DNA of 64,000 bases from a bacterium (lineage in GTDB: Bacteria > Patescibacteriota > Minisyncoccia > Phycocordibacterales > UBA2100): NCBI GenBank assembly GCA_030674455.1, contig JAUSGQ010000027.1, forward strand, positions 18,786 through 82,785, in the 5' to 3' direction. The notes beneath the pieces were generated by a model. That model was not told the DNA's origin, ran no database searches, and was given only the letters and a program-made list of their open reading frames with translations. A program made the translations under genes and the position numbers. Positions 35,812 through 45,125 of the stretch are shown here, piece by piece. Each line of letters begins with the position of its first letter. Position 1 is the stretch's first letter.

Positions 35812-38040
35812 TTAGTTCTTGGACTGCGGAACCTGCTGTTTTCCAATTTTGTCCGGACGGTGGTTTACGCACGATTTGTTACTACACCGTTCTGGTATTG
35901 TTTTGGTTCCTTGCATCATTAAACTTCCGCACAGCTCGCAGAGTTTGCCTGTTGGCTTTGCTTTAATCGCTGTTTTGCAGTCGGGATAATTCGAGCAGGA
36001 GAAGAAGATGCCGAAGCGGCCGCGCCGCTCTACCATTTCACCTTTCTTGCAGACAGGGCAGGCTACGCCAGTTTTTGTCCGGGCGAGTTCGGCAGGGTCC
36101 TGTTTTACAAATTTGCATTTCGGATAATTGCTGCAGGCGATAAATCTTCCAAACCGCCCCTCGCGCTCTATTAGTTGTCCGTCTTTGCAGTCCGGGCATT
36201 TTTCGCCGATTTCTCTTGGAGGCGCGATTTCGCTGCCGTCCTCTTTTCGCGCGCCGAGGCATTTAGGAAAATTGGCACAGCTCATGAATCGTCCCGTGCG
36301 CGAAAGTTTGTAGACCATTCCGCCTTTGCAGATAGGGCAGGGGAATTCTTTGGGCGCATCGCCCATGTTGGTTATCTTAGCGATTTTATCTTTCCCCTTT
36401 ACCGCCTTGTGGAAAGGCGTGTAAAAACTCTTAAGAGTCTTCGCATACTCGCGCTTGCCGTCCGCTATCTCGTCCAGCTCGTCCTCCATTTCAGCCGTGA
36501 ATGTGTCGCTGATGTACTCCGCAAAATTCTGTTCGATAAAGGAAGAGACGACATCGCCCGTAGGAGTTGGGAGCAGTGTGCGTCCCTGTTTTTCTACGTA
36601 TCCGCGGTCTTCAAGCGTCTTTATAATTGAAGCGTATGTTGATGGTCGTCCGATGCCGCGCTTCTCCAATTCTTTTACGAGTCCTGCTTCGGAATAACGC
36701 CCTGGCGGTTGGGTTTCTTTGCCTTCAGACCGCGCGTCTATTAGTGCAAGCGCATCGTCTTTTGCGACTTTTGGCAGTTCAACATCCTCGCCGCGCGCAT
36801 CCGGGTCTGCGGCAAGCCATCCGTCAAAAATCACGCGTGACCCGTTCGAGGCAAAATCCGGCATTGTCCCGCCGGAGCCTTTGGCGGAGGAGGAGATTTT
36901 AGCATCGGTAATATTTGAAAGTATTCTCGTCCGCAATGTTCGCGCATTTGTCATTTGGCTCGAAAGCGCCCGCGCTCGTATGAGCGCGTACAATTTCTTC
37001 TGGTCATCGTTTGCGCCCGCAGAGAGCTTATGCGCATCGGTCGGGCGGATTGCTTCATGAGCTTCCTGCGCGCTCTTGGATTTAGTTTTGTATTCGCGCG
37101 GAGCAACATATTCCTTTCCGAATTCGCTTTCTGCGACGGAAACAAGATTTGCTTGCGCTTCCTTGGCGAGGTTCGTACTGTCGGTTCGCATGTAAGAAAT
37201 ATGTCCTGCCTCATACAATTTTTGGGCGACTCCCATGGTTCGCGAGGGTGAGAATCCAAGCCTAGTTGATGCCACTTGCTGGAGAGTGGATGTGGTGAAC
37301 GGCGCGCGAGGGCCGCGGGTTTGTTCGGATTCCTCAACGCTTACGACATGCCACTTTCCGCTTTTGGCGGCGCTCAATATATCGTCGGCCTCTTTCTCGG
37401 TTTTAGGTTCTTCGACGCAGGTGGCCGGGAATTGGACGCTCTTTCCTTGAGCGGGCGATAGGTCGGCGGTTATCACCCAGAATTTCTCCGGAACGAATGC
37501 TTTTATCTCACGCTCGCGTTCCATGAGAATTCGAAGCGCGGGAGACTGCACGCGGCCAGCCGAGAGTCCGTAACGTACCTTTTTCCAGATAAGTCCGGAG
37601 AGGTCGTAGCCGAAAAGTCTGTCGAGGACGCGCCGCGCCTCCTGGGCGCGGCGCAGGTTATCGTCTATGAGTCGTGGGTTAGCAAGCGCTTCTTGGACCG
37701 CGTGCTCGGTAATTTCATGAAATACGATTCGTTTAGGTTTCTTCAGCTTTATTGCCTCGGCTAAATGCCACGCTATTGCTTCGCCTTCGCGGTCGGGGTC
37801 TGTTGCCAGAATAACTTCATCGGAGTCTTTAGCGATATCGCGCAGCTCATCAATTATTTTCTGCTTTTCTTTTACGACGACGTAGTTCGGAATAAAGCCG
37901 CCTTCTATATCAATGGCGTCTTTACTGCTTTTCGGCAGGTCGCGGATGTGCCCCACAGATGCGCGCACAACAAAACCTTTACCGAGATATTTCTCGATGG
38001 TTTTTGCTTTCGCCGGTGATTCAACAATAACAAGCTTCAT
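35812..38040 (-). CDS. topA: DNA topoisomerase I
   Basis: LVIVESPAKAKTI, ATDPDREGEAI, SAGRVQS, SYMRTDS, C4 zinc ribbons. Confidence 0.97.
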   Translation of the reverse strand: MKLVIVESPAKAKTIEKYLGKGFVVRASVGHIRDLPKSSKDAIDIEGGFIPNYVVVKEKQKIIDELRDIAKDSDEVILATDPDREGEAIAWHLAEAIKLKKPKRIVFHEITEHAVQEALANPRLIDDNLRRAQEARRVLDRLFGYDLSGLIWKKVRYGLSAGRVQSPALRILMEREREIKAFVPEKFWVITADLSPAQGKSVQFPATCVEEPKTEKEADDILSAAKSGKWHVVSVEESEQTRGPRAPFTTSTLQQVASTRLGFSPSRTMGVAQKLYEAGHISYMRTDSTNLAKEAQANLVSVAESEFGKEYVAPREYKTKSKSAQEAHEAIRPTDAHKLSAGANDDQKKLYALIRARALSSQMTNARTLRTRILSNITDAKISSSAKGSGGTMPDFASNGSRVIFDGWLAADPDARGEDVELPKVAKDDALALIDARSEGKETQPPGRYSEAGLVKELEKRGIGRPSTYASIIKTLEDRGYVEKQGRTLLPTPTGDVVSSFIEQNFAEYISDTFTAEMEDELDEIADGKREYAKTLKSFYTPFHKAVKGKDKIAKITNMGDAPKEFPCPICKGGMVYKLSRTGRFMSCANFPKCLGARKEDGSEIAPPREIGEKCPDCKDGQLIEREGRFGRFIACSNYPKCKFVKQDPAELARTKTGVACPVCKKGEMVERRGRFGIFFSCSNYPDCKTAIKAKPTGKLCELCGSLMMQGTKTIPERCSNKSCVNHRPDKIGKQQVPQSKN

Positions 38041-38308
38041 ACCCGGTTAATACAATTTCGAATAATTCCTGCCGTAGGGCAAGCGACAAACGATTTGCAC
38101 GCCATCTGAAGGAATCTTCTTATCGTAGTTTGGTGAATGTTCATACAAGGCAATTCGAAATTGTCCTACCGGGCGTATAAGTACGCATTGATATCCCAAT
38201 AGACTACCACGTGTCAAGCCGGTTCAATCGCGGCCATGAGGTCAATAGCGAAAAGTACACTAATTGTACATATGTACAGTTAGTGTACTTTCATTTGAAG
38301 GAAACTGT

Positions 38309-39181
38309 TTAGAGAGCTCTCACTACGCCAAGTTCTTCAACGATTAACCCCTTGATTTCCATCGTCGAAAGGAGAATGTTCGCATCTGATATCGGCAGTT
38401 CGAGCGCTTCCATGAGTTCGTCGCGCGGGCAAGGATTCGCAATGATTTGAAGCACGCGCGCCTCATTTTCAGAAATATCCGTGCGTACCTTCTTTGCGCC
38501 CTCATCGTACACAATTCCAAGCGCACGCAGGATATCTTCCGAACTCGTGACGGGAGTCGCGCCGAGCTTTAAGAATTGGTGGGTTCCTCGGCTTTCCGGG
38601 CTGAAAATCGAGCCTGGGACAACTAGCAACTCTCTGTTGTATTCAGCAGTCAGGCGCGCGGTGATGAGCGAGCCGGAGCGCTCTTTGGCCTCAATCATAA
38701 GCGTGGCTTGGCAGAGGCCTGTCATTATTCTGTTGCGCTGGGGAAAGGTGTAATCAGCCGCTTTTAAGTCGGGCTCGAATTCAGAAAGAAGCGCTCCGCC
38801 AGATTTTACGATTTCGCGGGCGAGCGACACATTTGCCCGCGGGTACACGACGTCCCAATCAAGTCCGGAACCGGGGACCGCTACCGTGAGGAGGCCGGCT
38901 TCGAGAGCCGCTTTATGCGCGGCGGCATCGACGCCAAAAGCGAGACCGGAGACGATGACGATAGGATATCCGCGCAGTCCGCCGATCAAATGTTCGCACG
39001 CTTGCCGCCCGTAGCTCGTCATCGCGCGCGAGCCGACGACCGCGAGCCAGTGTAAATCGGTACTCGGCAATTGTCCGCGCACATAGAGCTTCTTCGGCGG
39101 GTCGGGAATTTCTTTAAGCAGAGGTGGGAAGTCCTCCGGTTTTAGAATCGAAATATCTGACATTAAGTCTAATTCTAACAT
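38309..39181 (-). CDS. dprA: DNA-processing protein DprA
   Basis: AVVGSR, IVSGLAFGVD, FPQRNRI, SGSLITA. Confidence 0.95.
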   Translation of the reverse strand: MLELDLMSDISILKPEDFPPLLKEIPDPPKKLYVRGQLPSTDLHWLAVVGSRAMTSYGRQACEHLIGGLRGYPIVIVSGLAFGVDAAAHKAALEAGLLTVAVPGSGLDWDVVYPRANVSLAREIVKSGGALLSEFEPDLKAADYTFPQRNRIMTGLCQATLMIEAKERSGSLITARLTAEYNRELLVVPGSIFSPESRGTHQFLKLGATPVTSSEDILRALGIVYDEGAKKVRTDISENEARVLQIIANPCPRDELMEALELPISDANILLSTMEIKGLIVEELGVVRAL

Positions 39182-39257
39182 TTAAAAAAGTAACCTGGCC
39201 CTCGACGTAGAGAGACAGGTTACTTCGCATGACGGTACAGCGGGCAGGGCGTTCCGT

Positions 39258-39473
39258 TCAGCCGAGCGAGCGCGGGTAACCGCGCTCCTCCCTCCAATTG
39301 CGTAAGGAGTGAATCGCCTGGCAAGCAAGGCCAAGTGATACAGGGATCGCGGACACCTCCAGTAGGAGGCGACCTGTCGGAAGACGTGACGTTGCGGCAA
39401 AATAAATCCCAGCGTATATCAACGTCACGAAAATAAGCGCCCCGACTACGAAACAGCGAGAAAATGATTTCAT
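39258..39473 (-). CDS. Small hypothetical membrane protein
   Basis: Two hydrophobic segments; GGGAG SD. Confidence 0.45.
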   Translation of the reverse strand: MKSFSRCFVVGALIFVTLIYAGIYFAATSRLPTGRLLLEVSAIPVSLGLACQAIHSLRNWREERGYPRSLG

Positions 39474-39668
39474 GCTAATCTCCCAGTGAAAGAGCAAAAG
39501 CTATCCGGCCGGTAAGCCAGACAATGGCTTTCCGCTCCGTGCCGGTATGAGAGCACAGAGAGATAGTTGTCAAAAAGAAATTTCCGAGGAGACACCTTGC
39601 ACATGCCAAGGAGTCACCTCGAAAATCTGCGTCAATCTGCGTGAGTTTCGCGTCAATCTGCGAGCTTG

Positions 39669-41090
39669 CTACGAAACCAAGAAATTATTGAATTGCCAGG
39701 GGTCTTTCAGGTCGAGTTTCTCCGGGAAAAGTTCGCCCCGATGCGCGAGTGGAGTCCAATCGGTGTATTCCGCGAGCATCGTTCCAAGATACGGGCGCGC
39801 GGCTTCCATTACTACGTGGTGGTCAAGCTCTTCCGAGTCTACGATGCCCGCGTTTGGATTTCGTATGGTCCAAATCATTGCGCCCAAAATACCGGCTGCA
39901 ACCTGCAGACCGGTCGCGTTGTTGTAGGGAACAAGCGCGCGCGCCTCATCTATTGAGAGGCGAGAACCGTACCACATCGCATTCTTTTTGTGTCCCATGA
40001 GAAGCACTCCGAGTTCATCTACACCGCCCGGAAGAATTTCATTACTTATGAGCCGTGAAATATTCTGCAGTGTGCCGCCGCGTTCGGCAGTCTCAATAAG
40101 AGAGAGCACCGCGCCATCGCACGGGTGATAGGCATAGTGGACAGTCGGTCGATAGACTACGCGCCCACCATCTTTGATGGTTAGGTAATCGGCAATTGAT
40201 ATGGATTCATTGTGTGTGATGACCCAACCATATTGAGGGCCGGAAATAGGCGTCCAACTGCGCACTTGCGTCGCGAGACCCGGCTGTTCCAGATAGATTG
40301 CCGCCTTGCATCCGAAATCGTGTTTCCGTCCTTTCTCCGGCAAGTGCTTTTCGTGCGTGCCCCAGCCCATTTCCGACGGCTGACATCCTTCGGAATAAAA
40401 GCCGTCGACGGACCAGGTATTAACGAACTCGTCCATTTTCTTCGGCTTCTTGGGTGCTTGCGTGTCGCGTTCTGCAATGTGGATGACTTTGATGCCAAGT
40501 TGTTGCGCAAGCTTTGCCCACTCATCGCGCGTTTTAGGTTCGGTAATTTTCTCTCCGGTATCTTTTGCAATCATCAATAGCGCCTCTTTGACGAAGTGGG
40601 AAACGAGTCCGGGGTTGGCACCATGTGCGACGACGGCGGTCGGGCGCGGGCCAGAAATTGGCAAGTTGCGCAGTGCAAGGGCTTGTTCGCGGAGCGCGTA
40701 GTTTGAACGTTCCGACATGGAAAGCGATGCGTCGGTGTAATAGCCCGCCCACGGCTCGACGACAGTGTCCAAGTACATGATTCCTTCTTTCTGACAGAGC
40801 GTAATGATGTCGGTGGAGGAAACATTGACAGAGACATTGCAAAGGAAATCTCCGCGTCCGATGTGCGAGAGGATTATCCGCTCATAGTTGTCGGGAGTGA
40901 GGGGCTCCAGAATGAATCGAACGCCGAACTCTTTTGCGACAGAGCGGCCGCGCTTGTCGGCGGTGACAATAGTAATTTTTTCAGGCGGCACCGTGAGATG
41001 CCTTAAGAGAAGCGGAAGGACTCCTTGCCCGATACTTCCAAAACCGACAATCAGAATTTTTCCGTTAAATTTTTGCTGTTTCAGGTTCAA
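39669..41090 (-). CDS. hss: Homospermidine synthase
   Basis: GFGSIGQG, GANPGLVSHFVK, IHIAERDTQ, FVNTWSVDGF, ITHNESISI, YRPTVHYAYHPC, NATGLQV, DPWQF; TTG start. Confidence 0.92.
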   Translation of the reverse strand: MNLKQQKFNGKILIVGFGSIGQGVLPLLLRHLTVPPEKITIVTADKRGRSVAKEFGVRFILEPLTPDNYERIILSHIGRGDFLCNVSVNVSSTDIITLCQKEGIMYLDTVVEPWAGYYTDASLSMSERSNYALREQALALRNLPISGPRPTAVVAHGANPGLVSHFVKEALLMIAKDTGEKITEPKTRDEWAKLAQQLGIKVIHIAERDTQAPKKPKKMDEFVNTWSVDGFYSEGCQPSEMGWGTHEKHLPEKGRKHDFGCKAAIYLEQPGLATQVRSWTPISGPQYGWVITHNESISIADYLTIKDGGRVVYRPTVHYAYHPCDGAVLSLIETAERGGTLQNISRLISNEILPGGVDELGVLLMGHKKNAMWYGSRLSIDEARALVPYNNATGLQVAAGILGAMIWTIRNPNAGIVDSEELDHHVVMEAARPYLGTMLAEYTDWTPLAHRGELFPEKLDLKDPWQFNNFLVS

Positions 41091-41384
41091 TTTGGTTTCT
41101 TCCGGTTATTTATTTTTTCTTGTAGATACTATTGGTATACAGGAAATAATTTTGAAGTCAATACAATTTTACGAAAATATTGTGTGGATATCTGAAAATG
41201 CCCGAGGTCTCTCCTCGAGAATTTTGCATTTGAGGTGAGACCTCGGGCATTTCACATTGTGTATATGTGAGTTTGACTTCGGCCTCTGGTTTTGTATTGT
41301 TCGAAAGGGTTAGGTTTGGGCGACGTGCCCATGCAGTACAGGACTGGAGGCGCAAGTCTCTATTCCCTTTGACAGGAGTAAATC

Positions 41385-41855
41385 ATGAATTGGGGCTTGG
41401 GATTAATTTCATTGTTGTTGGCGGCATTCGTCTCTTGGCATGTGTCGGAATTAGTAACACTGGCCGTTGAGGAGCTGAGCAGTGGGGCTGGACGTCGCGA
41501 TTTCGCGAAAGTGTTTAAAACGACGCCCGGACTGCAAGTCAGCATTCCGGTAATTATCATCGCCGCACTGGCAACTTGGGGAGCCAGTGCATTTGTAAAC
41601 TGGGCGACGGGCTATTGGTACGCATTCCTCTTGGTTTTTAGCGCAACGTTTGCAGTTTATATTTACAAGATGTTGCGGAACCATGGCTGGTCAATAGGCA
41701 GTCTCTTATCTGGAATTGGTGCAGGAATTCTTGGCTACTACACTCCGTCAGCCTATGCCTGGCTGGGAATTGAACAGCCGACAATCTGGGCAGTAGGCAC
41801 AGCAATTGTTCTAATTTGTATTGTACTGGTTTGGGATGATCTGCGGCATCCCTAA
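41385..41855 (+). CDS. Hypothetical multi-TM protein
   Basis: ~5 TM helices; AGGAG SD. Confidence 0.65.
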   Translation: MNWGLGLISLLLAAFVSWHVSELVTLAVEELSSGAGRRDFAKVFKTTPGLQVSIPVIIIAALATWGASAFVNWATGYWYAFLLVFSATFAVYIYKMLRNHGWSIGSLLSGIGAGILGYYTPSAYAWLGIEQPTIWAVGTAIVLICIVLVWDDLRHP

Positions 41856-42087
41856 AGCCGCAGAGATGGAGGTCGCCACAAACTGGCCACCGTGTTCATC
41901 TCGGCGGCTTTCATCTTTATATGCCTATTCCGCACCTCGGATTTCGTGTGATATTATTGGCACAGTCAGTAGAAAGTAGAAGCGGCTCCCGAGGAGACAC
42001 CTCCCCCTTTGGGTGAGGAGTCACCTCTTGTCTTGTGATCAATGATTTCACTACTGACTACTAACTACGGACTACTAACTATTTTGT

Positions 42088-43362
42088 ATGCTAGACATTA
42101 AGTTTATCCGAGAAAACAAAGATATCGTCATCGCGGGTGCAAAAAAGAAGCGCATTACTGTTGATATCGACGCGCTGCTCGCTTTGGACGACAAGCGCCG
42201 CGTTCTGCAGGCCTCAATAGACGAGAAGCGCGCCGAGCAAAATATTGCTTCAAAGGCGATTGCTTCGGCCAAAGAAGAGGAAGAGCGGCAGGAAGTAATC
42301 AGTAAGATGCAGACGCTGAAAGAGATTCTCCGCAAAGATGAGGAATCTCTGCAGGAAGTAATGAAGGAATGGCGCGCGCTCATGGTCACGGTTCCCAATG
42401 TTCCGGATATGTCGGTGCCGGATGGAGAATCGGACAAAGACAATAAAGAGGTAAAGAAGTGGGGAGAGATACCGGCGTTCGGATTCGAGCCCAAGTCTCA
42501 CGTCGAACTGTTGCTTTCAAACGGCATGGCGGATTACGAGCGCGGTTCCAAAGTCGCTGGCTTCCGCGGATATTTTTTGAAGAATGACGGCGCGCGGCTT
42601 GTGTGGGCGCTCAATCGTTTTGTGGAAGAGCGATTCATGAATAAATCCGGCTTCACTCCTCTCATCGTCCCGTCGCTTGTTCGCCGCGAACCGTTCATGG
42701 GTACAGGATATCTGCCGCAAAGCGAGGAAGATTTGTATAAAACGCAGGACGGCGATTATCTTGCCGGAACTGCAGAAGTCGGCTCGATGGCGTACTACAT
42801 GGACGAGATTTTGGAAAAGAAAGATTTGCCGATTAAATTCTTCGCTTTTTCTCCGTGTTTCCGCAGGGAAGCCGGAAGCTACGGCAAAGACACCAAGGGA
42901 ATCTTTCGCATACACGAATTTGTGAAATACGAACAGGTCGTTTTATGCGAGGCGAGCCACGAGGAGTCGGTGAAATACCATGAGGAACTGACGGCGAACT
43001 CGGAAGCTCTATTGCAGGAATTAAAATTGCCGTACCGCGTCGTCATCAATTGCGGCGCCGACTTGGGGCTGGGCCAGGTCAAGAAATATGACATCGAGGC
43101 ATGGTTGCCCTCGGAAAAACAGTATCGCGAAACGCATTCATCTTCTTACTTTCATGATTTTCAGACACGGCGGCTTAATATCCGCTATCGCGATGAGAAT
43201 GGCGTCGTGCGTTACGTCCATTCCCTCAACAACACAGCGCTTGCCATGCCTCGAATATTGACGCAGATTGCAGAAAACTATCAGCGGGCGGATGGCACGA
43301 TTTCCGTTCCCGAAGCGCTACAGGGGTATATGGGCAAGGATGTGATGGGACGGGTACAATAG
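42088..43362 (+). CDS. serS: Serine--tRNA ligase
   Basis: MLDIKFIREN, GTAE, CFRREAGSYG, KKYDIEAWLP, HSLNNT. Confidence 0.96.
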   Translation: MLDIKFIRENKDIVIAGAKKKRITVDIDALLALDDKRRVLQASIDEKRAEQNIASKAIASAKEEEERQEVISKMQTLKEILRKDEESLQEVMKEWRALMVTVPNVPDMSVPDGESDKDNKEVKKWGEIPAFGFEPKSHVELLLSNGMADYERGSKVAGFRGYFLKNDGARLVWALNRFVEERFMNKSGFTPLIVPSLVRREPFMGTGYLPQSEEDLYKTQDGDYLAGTAEVGSMAYYMDEILEKKDLPIKFFAFSPCFRREAGSYGKDTKGIFRIHEFVKYEQVVLCEASHEESVKYHEELTANSEALLQELKLPYRVVINCGADLGLGQVKKYDIEAWLPSEKQYRETHSSSYFHDFQTRRLNIRYRDENGVVRYVHSLNNTALAMPRILTQIAENYQRADGTISVPEALQGYMGKDVMGRVQ

Positions 43363-43366
43363 ATAG

Positions 43367-44260
43367 ATGTCAAATGGAGAGCGAAAGCATGGGCACGGAT
43401 TGATTGACCTGCGAAAACGTAGGGCTGGCGAGCAGGCTCGCGCGGCGCGCGCGCGCGCGCAGGCATCACTCCCGCTCAACCGCAGAACATCATTGCGAGT
43501 TCGCCGGCGAAAATTGCAGGCGCTCTTGGTACTCGCTTTTGTTGTCGCGGCTGTGGGCGCCTCGTATGGGATAAGCGAACTTTCTTATCTTTCTCGATAT
43601 TCCATCAGAGAAGTGAAGGTGAAAGGGACAGAAAATGTCTCGCCGCGGCTTGTGCAGGCATACGTGGAGACAAAGCTCAATAACGGAACCCGCCCGATAA
43701 TTTCGCGCGATAATATCTTCCTCTACCCCAAGGCAGACATAGCACAAAGCATACAGAATTATTTCCCGCGCATTCTTTCAGCCGATATTTCGCGCGAATC
43801 GCTTCTGGCGCAGGCAATTACTGTTTCAGTGACGGAGCGAAAACTATTTGCTCTGTGGTGTTCCGAAAAAGAATTGTGTTTTGAGATGGATGACACAGGG
43901 TTTATTTTTGCAGAATCTTCGACCACGACTTCTGGCATTGTATTTAAAGGCGGGCTCGCAACCAGCTCTGCTCCAATCGGACAAACATTTTTTCCCGGTC
44001 ATTTTTCGAATATTCTCGCTTTTCTATCACGGCTCAAGGATTCCGGGTTTTCGGTAGTCGGTGTGGCAATAGAGAACGAGCAGGATTTCATGCTGACTCT
44101 CTCGAAGGGATTCGATGTGCGAAGCACTATTGAACAAGACGCGAACACGATTGTGCGCAATCTCCAGACGGTGTTGATGTCGCAGTCTCTATCGAGGGAA
44201 GACAAAATTGAATACATCGACCTTCGGTTCGGTAATAGGGTGTACTATAAAAATAGGTGA
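43367..44260 (+). CDS. ftsQ: Cell division protein FtsQ/DivIB
   Basis: Basic N-terminus, TM, POTRA-like region, C-terminal EYIDLRFGNRVYYK. Confidence 0.8.
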   Translation: MSNGERKHGHGLIDLRKRRAGEQARAARARAQASLPLNRRTSLRVRRRKLQALLVLAFVVAAVGASYGISELSYLSRYSIREVKVKGTENVSPRLVQAYVETKLNNGTRPIISRDNIFLYPKADIAQSIQNYFPRILSADISRESLLAQAITVSVTERKLFALWCSEKELCFEMDDTGFIFAESSTTTSGIVFKGGLATSSAPIGQTFFPGHFSNILAFLSRLKDSGFSVVGVAIENEQDFMLTLSKGFDVRSTIEQDANTIVRNLQTVLMSQSLSREDKIEYIDLRFGNRVYYKNR

Positions 44261-44569
44261 TAGGCGATTTTTTCGTTGGTAATCCAACGAGCAAAAATCG
44301 TGTCGAAAACCAGGAGGTTTTCGACCAGAAACTCGGTGTATTGCCAAGGGGCACCCTTGCCACAAATCGCAGTCCAGCGTAGCGATAGCGTAGTCGGGTA
44401 ATAGGAAAAAGGCCGAAACAAATTTGACGCTCATCTCATATTCCTTTACTGCATTCCACAAACTCTCACGGTCGTGAGGGTTTGTGGAATGCGTATCTTT
44501 TAGCAGTCTGACTGCTAGGAGTGAGTCTATAAAAAGACGGACCCCAGCAAGGCGGTTCGCCTTGCTGGG

Positions 44570-44899
44570 TTAATCAATGCCGCGCCAAATGTCGCCCTGG
44601 ACGAATCTGGCTTCTAGCCAGCGTCTGAGTGATTGTTGGCGCCACCGAAGCGATGAGTATGCCCATCCTCGAGAATCTGTATCGCCCCTCAAGAAACCTA
44701 TGCTCATGTCGAGCAAGAATTCGATTTCCATCAAAGCTGGAACAGGATGGTGCCTTGCCCCATTTTCTGCGGCCCCAAGATAAGCCTCCGAGGCCTGCAA
44801 GGCGCTCATGTTCGCGACACAGATGCTTTTCGGCACCCTTATCGCGATAGACCAACTAATAAGACCAAAAATGAACCCAAATACAATCAGGGTTTGCAT
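44570..44899 (-). CDS. Hypothetical membrane protein
   Basis: N-terminal TM; GGAGG SD; start uncertain. Confidence 0.4.
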   Translation of the reverse strand: MQTLIVFGFIFGLISWSIAIRVPKSICVANMSALQASEAYLGAAENGARHHPVPALMEIEFLLDMSIGFLRGDTDSRGWAYSSLRWRQQSLRRWLEARFVQGDIWRGID

Positions 44900-45041
44900 A
44901 GAAGCATCCTCCATAAAATTACCGTCGAGTACCGTCTCAACGGGTAAATCAATGTTCAATAGCAACCAAAAGGCAATATCGCAAATCAGAGAGAGAGAGA
45001 GTCAATTGTCAGTCTGTTCCGTGTAGGCGATTGGAACTAGG

Positions 45042-45087
45042 ATTCTGGCAGTCAGACTGCTAAATTTAGCAGTCTGACTGCCAGAAT
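45042..45087. repeat. Doublet palindrome of TRGCAGTCWGACTGCYA (single copies at 44501-44517, 46165-46189)
   Basis: ATTCTGGCAGTCAGACTGCTAAATTTAGCAGTCTGACTGCCAGAAT. Confidence 0.75.
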
Positions 45088-45125
45088 GTCTGCCTAGAAG
45101 CTGTGTTTGATGGTATTGTGCTCCG

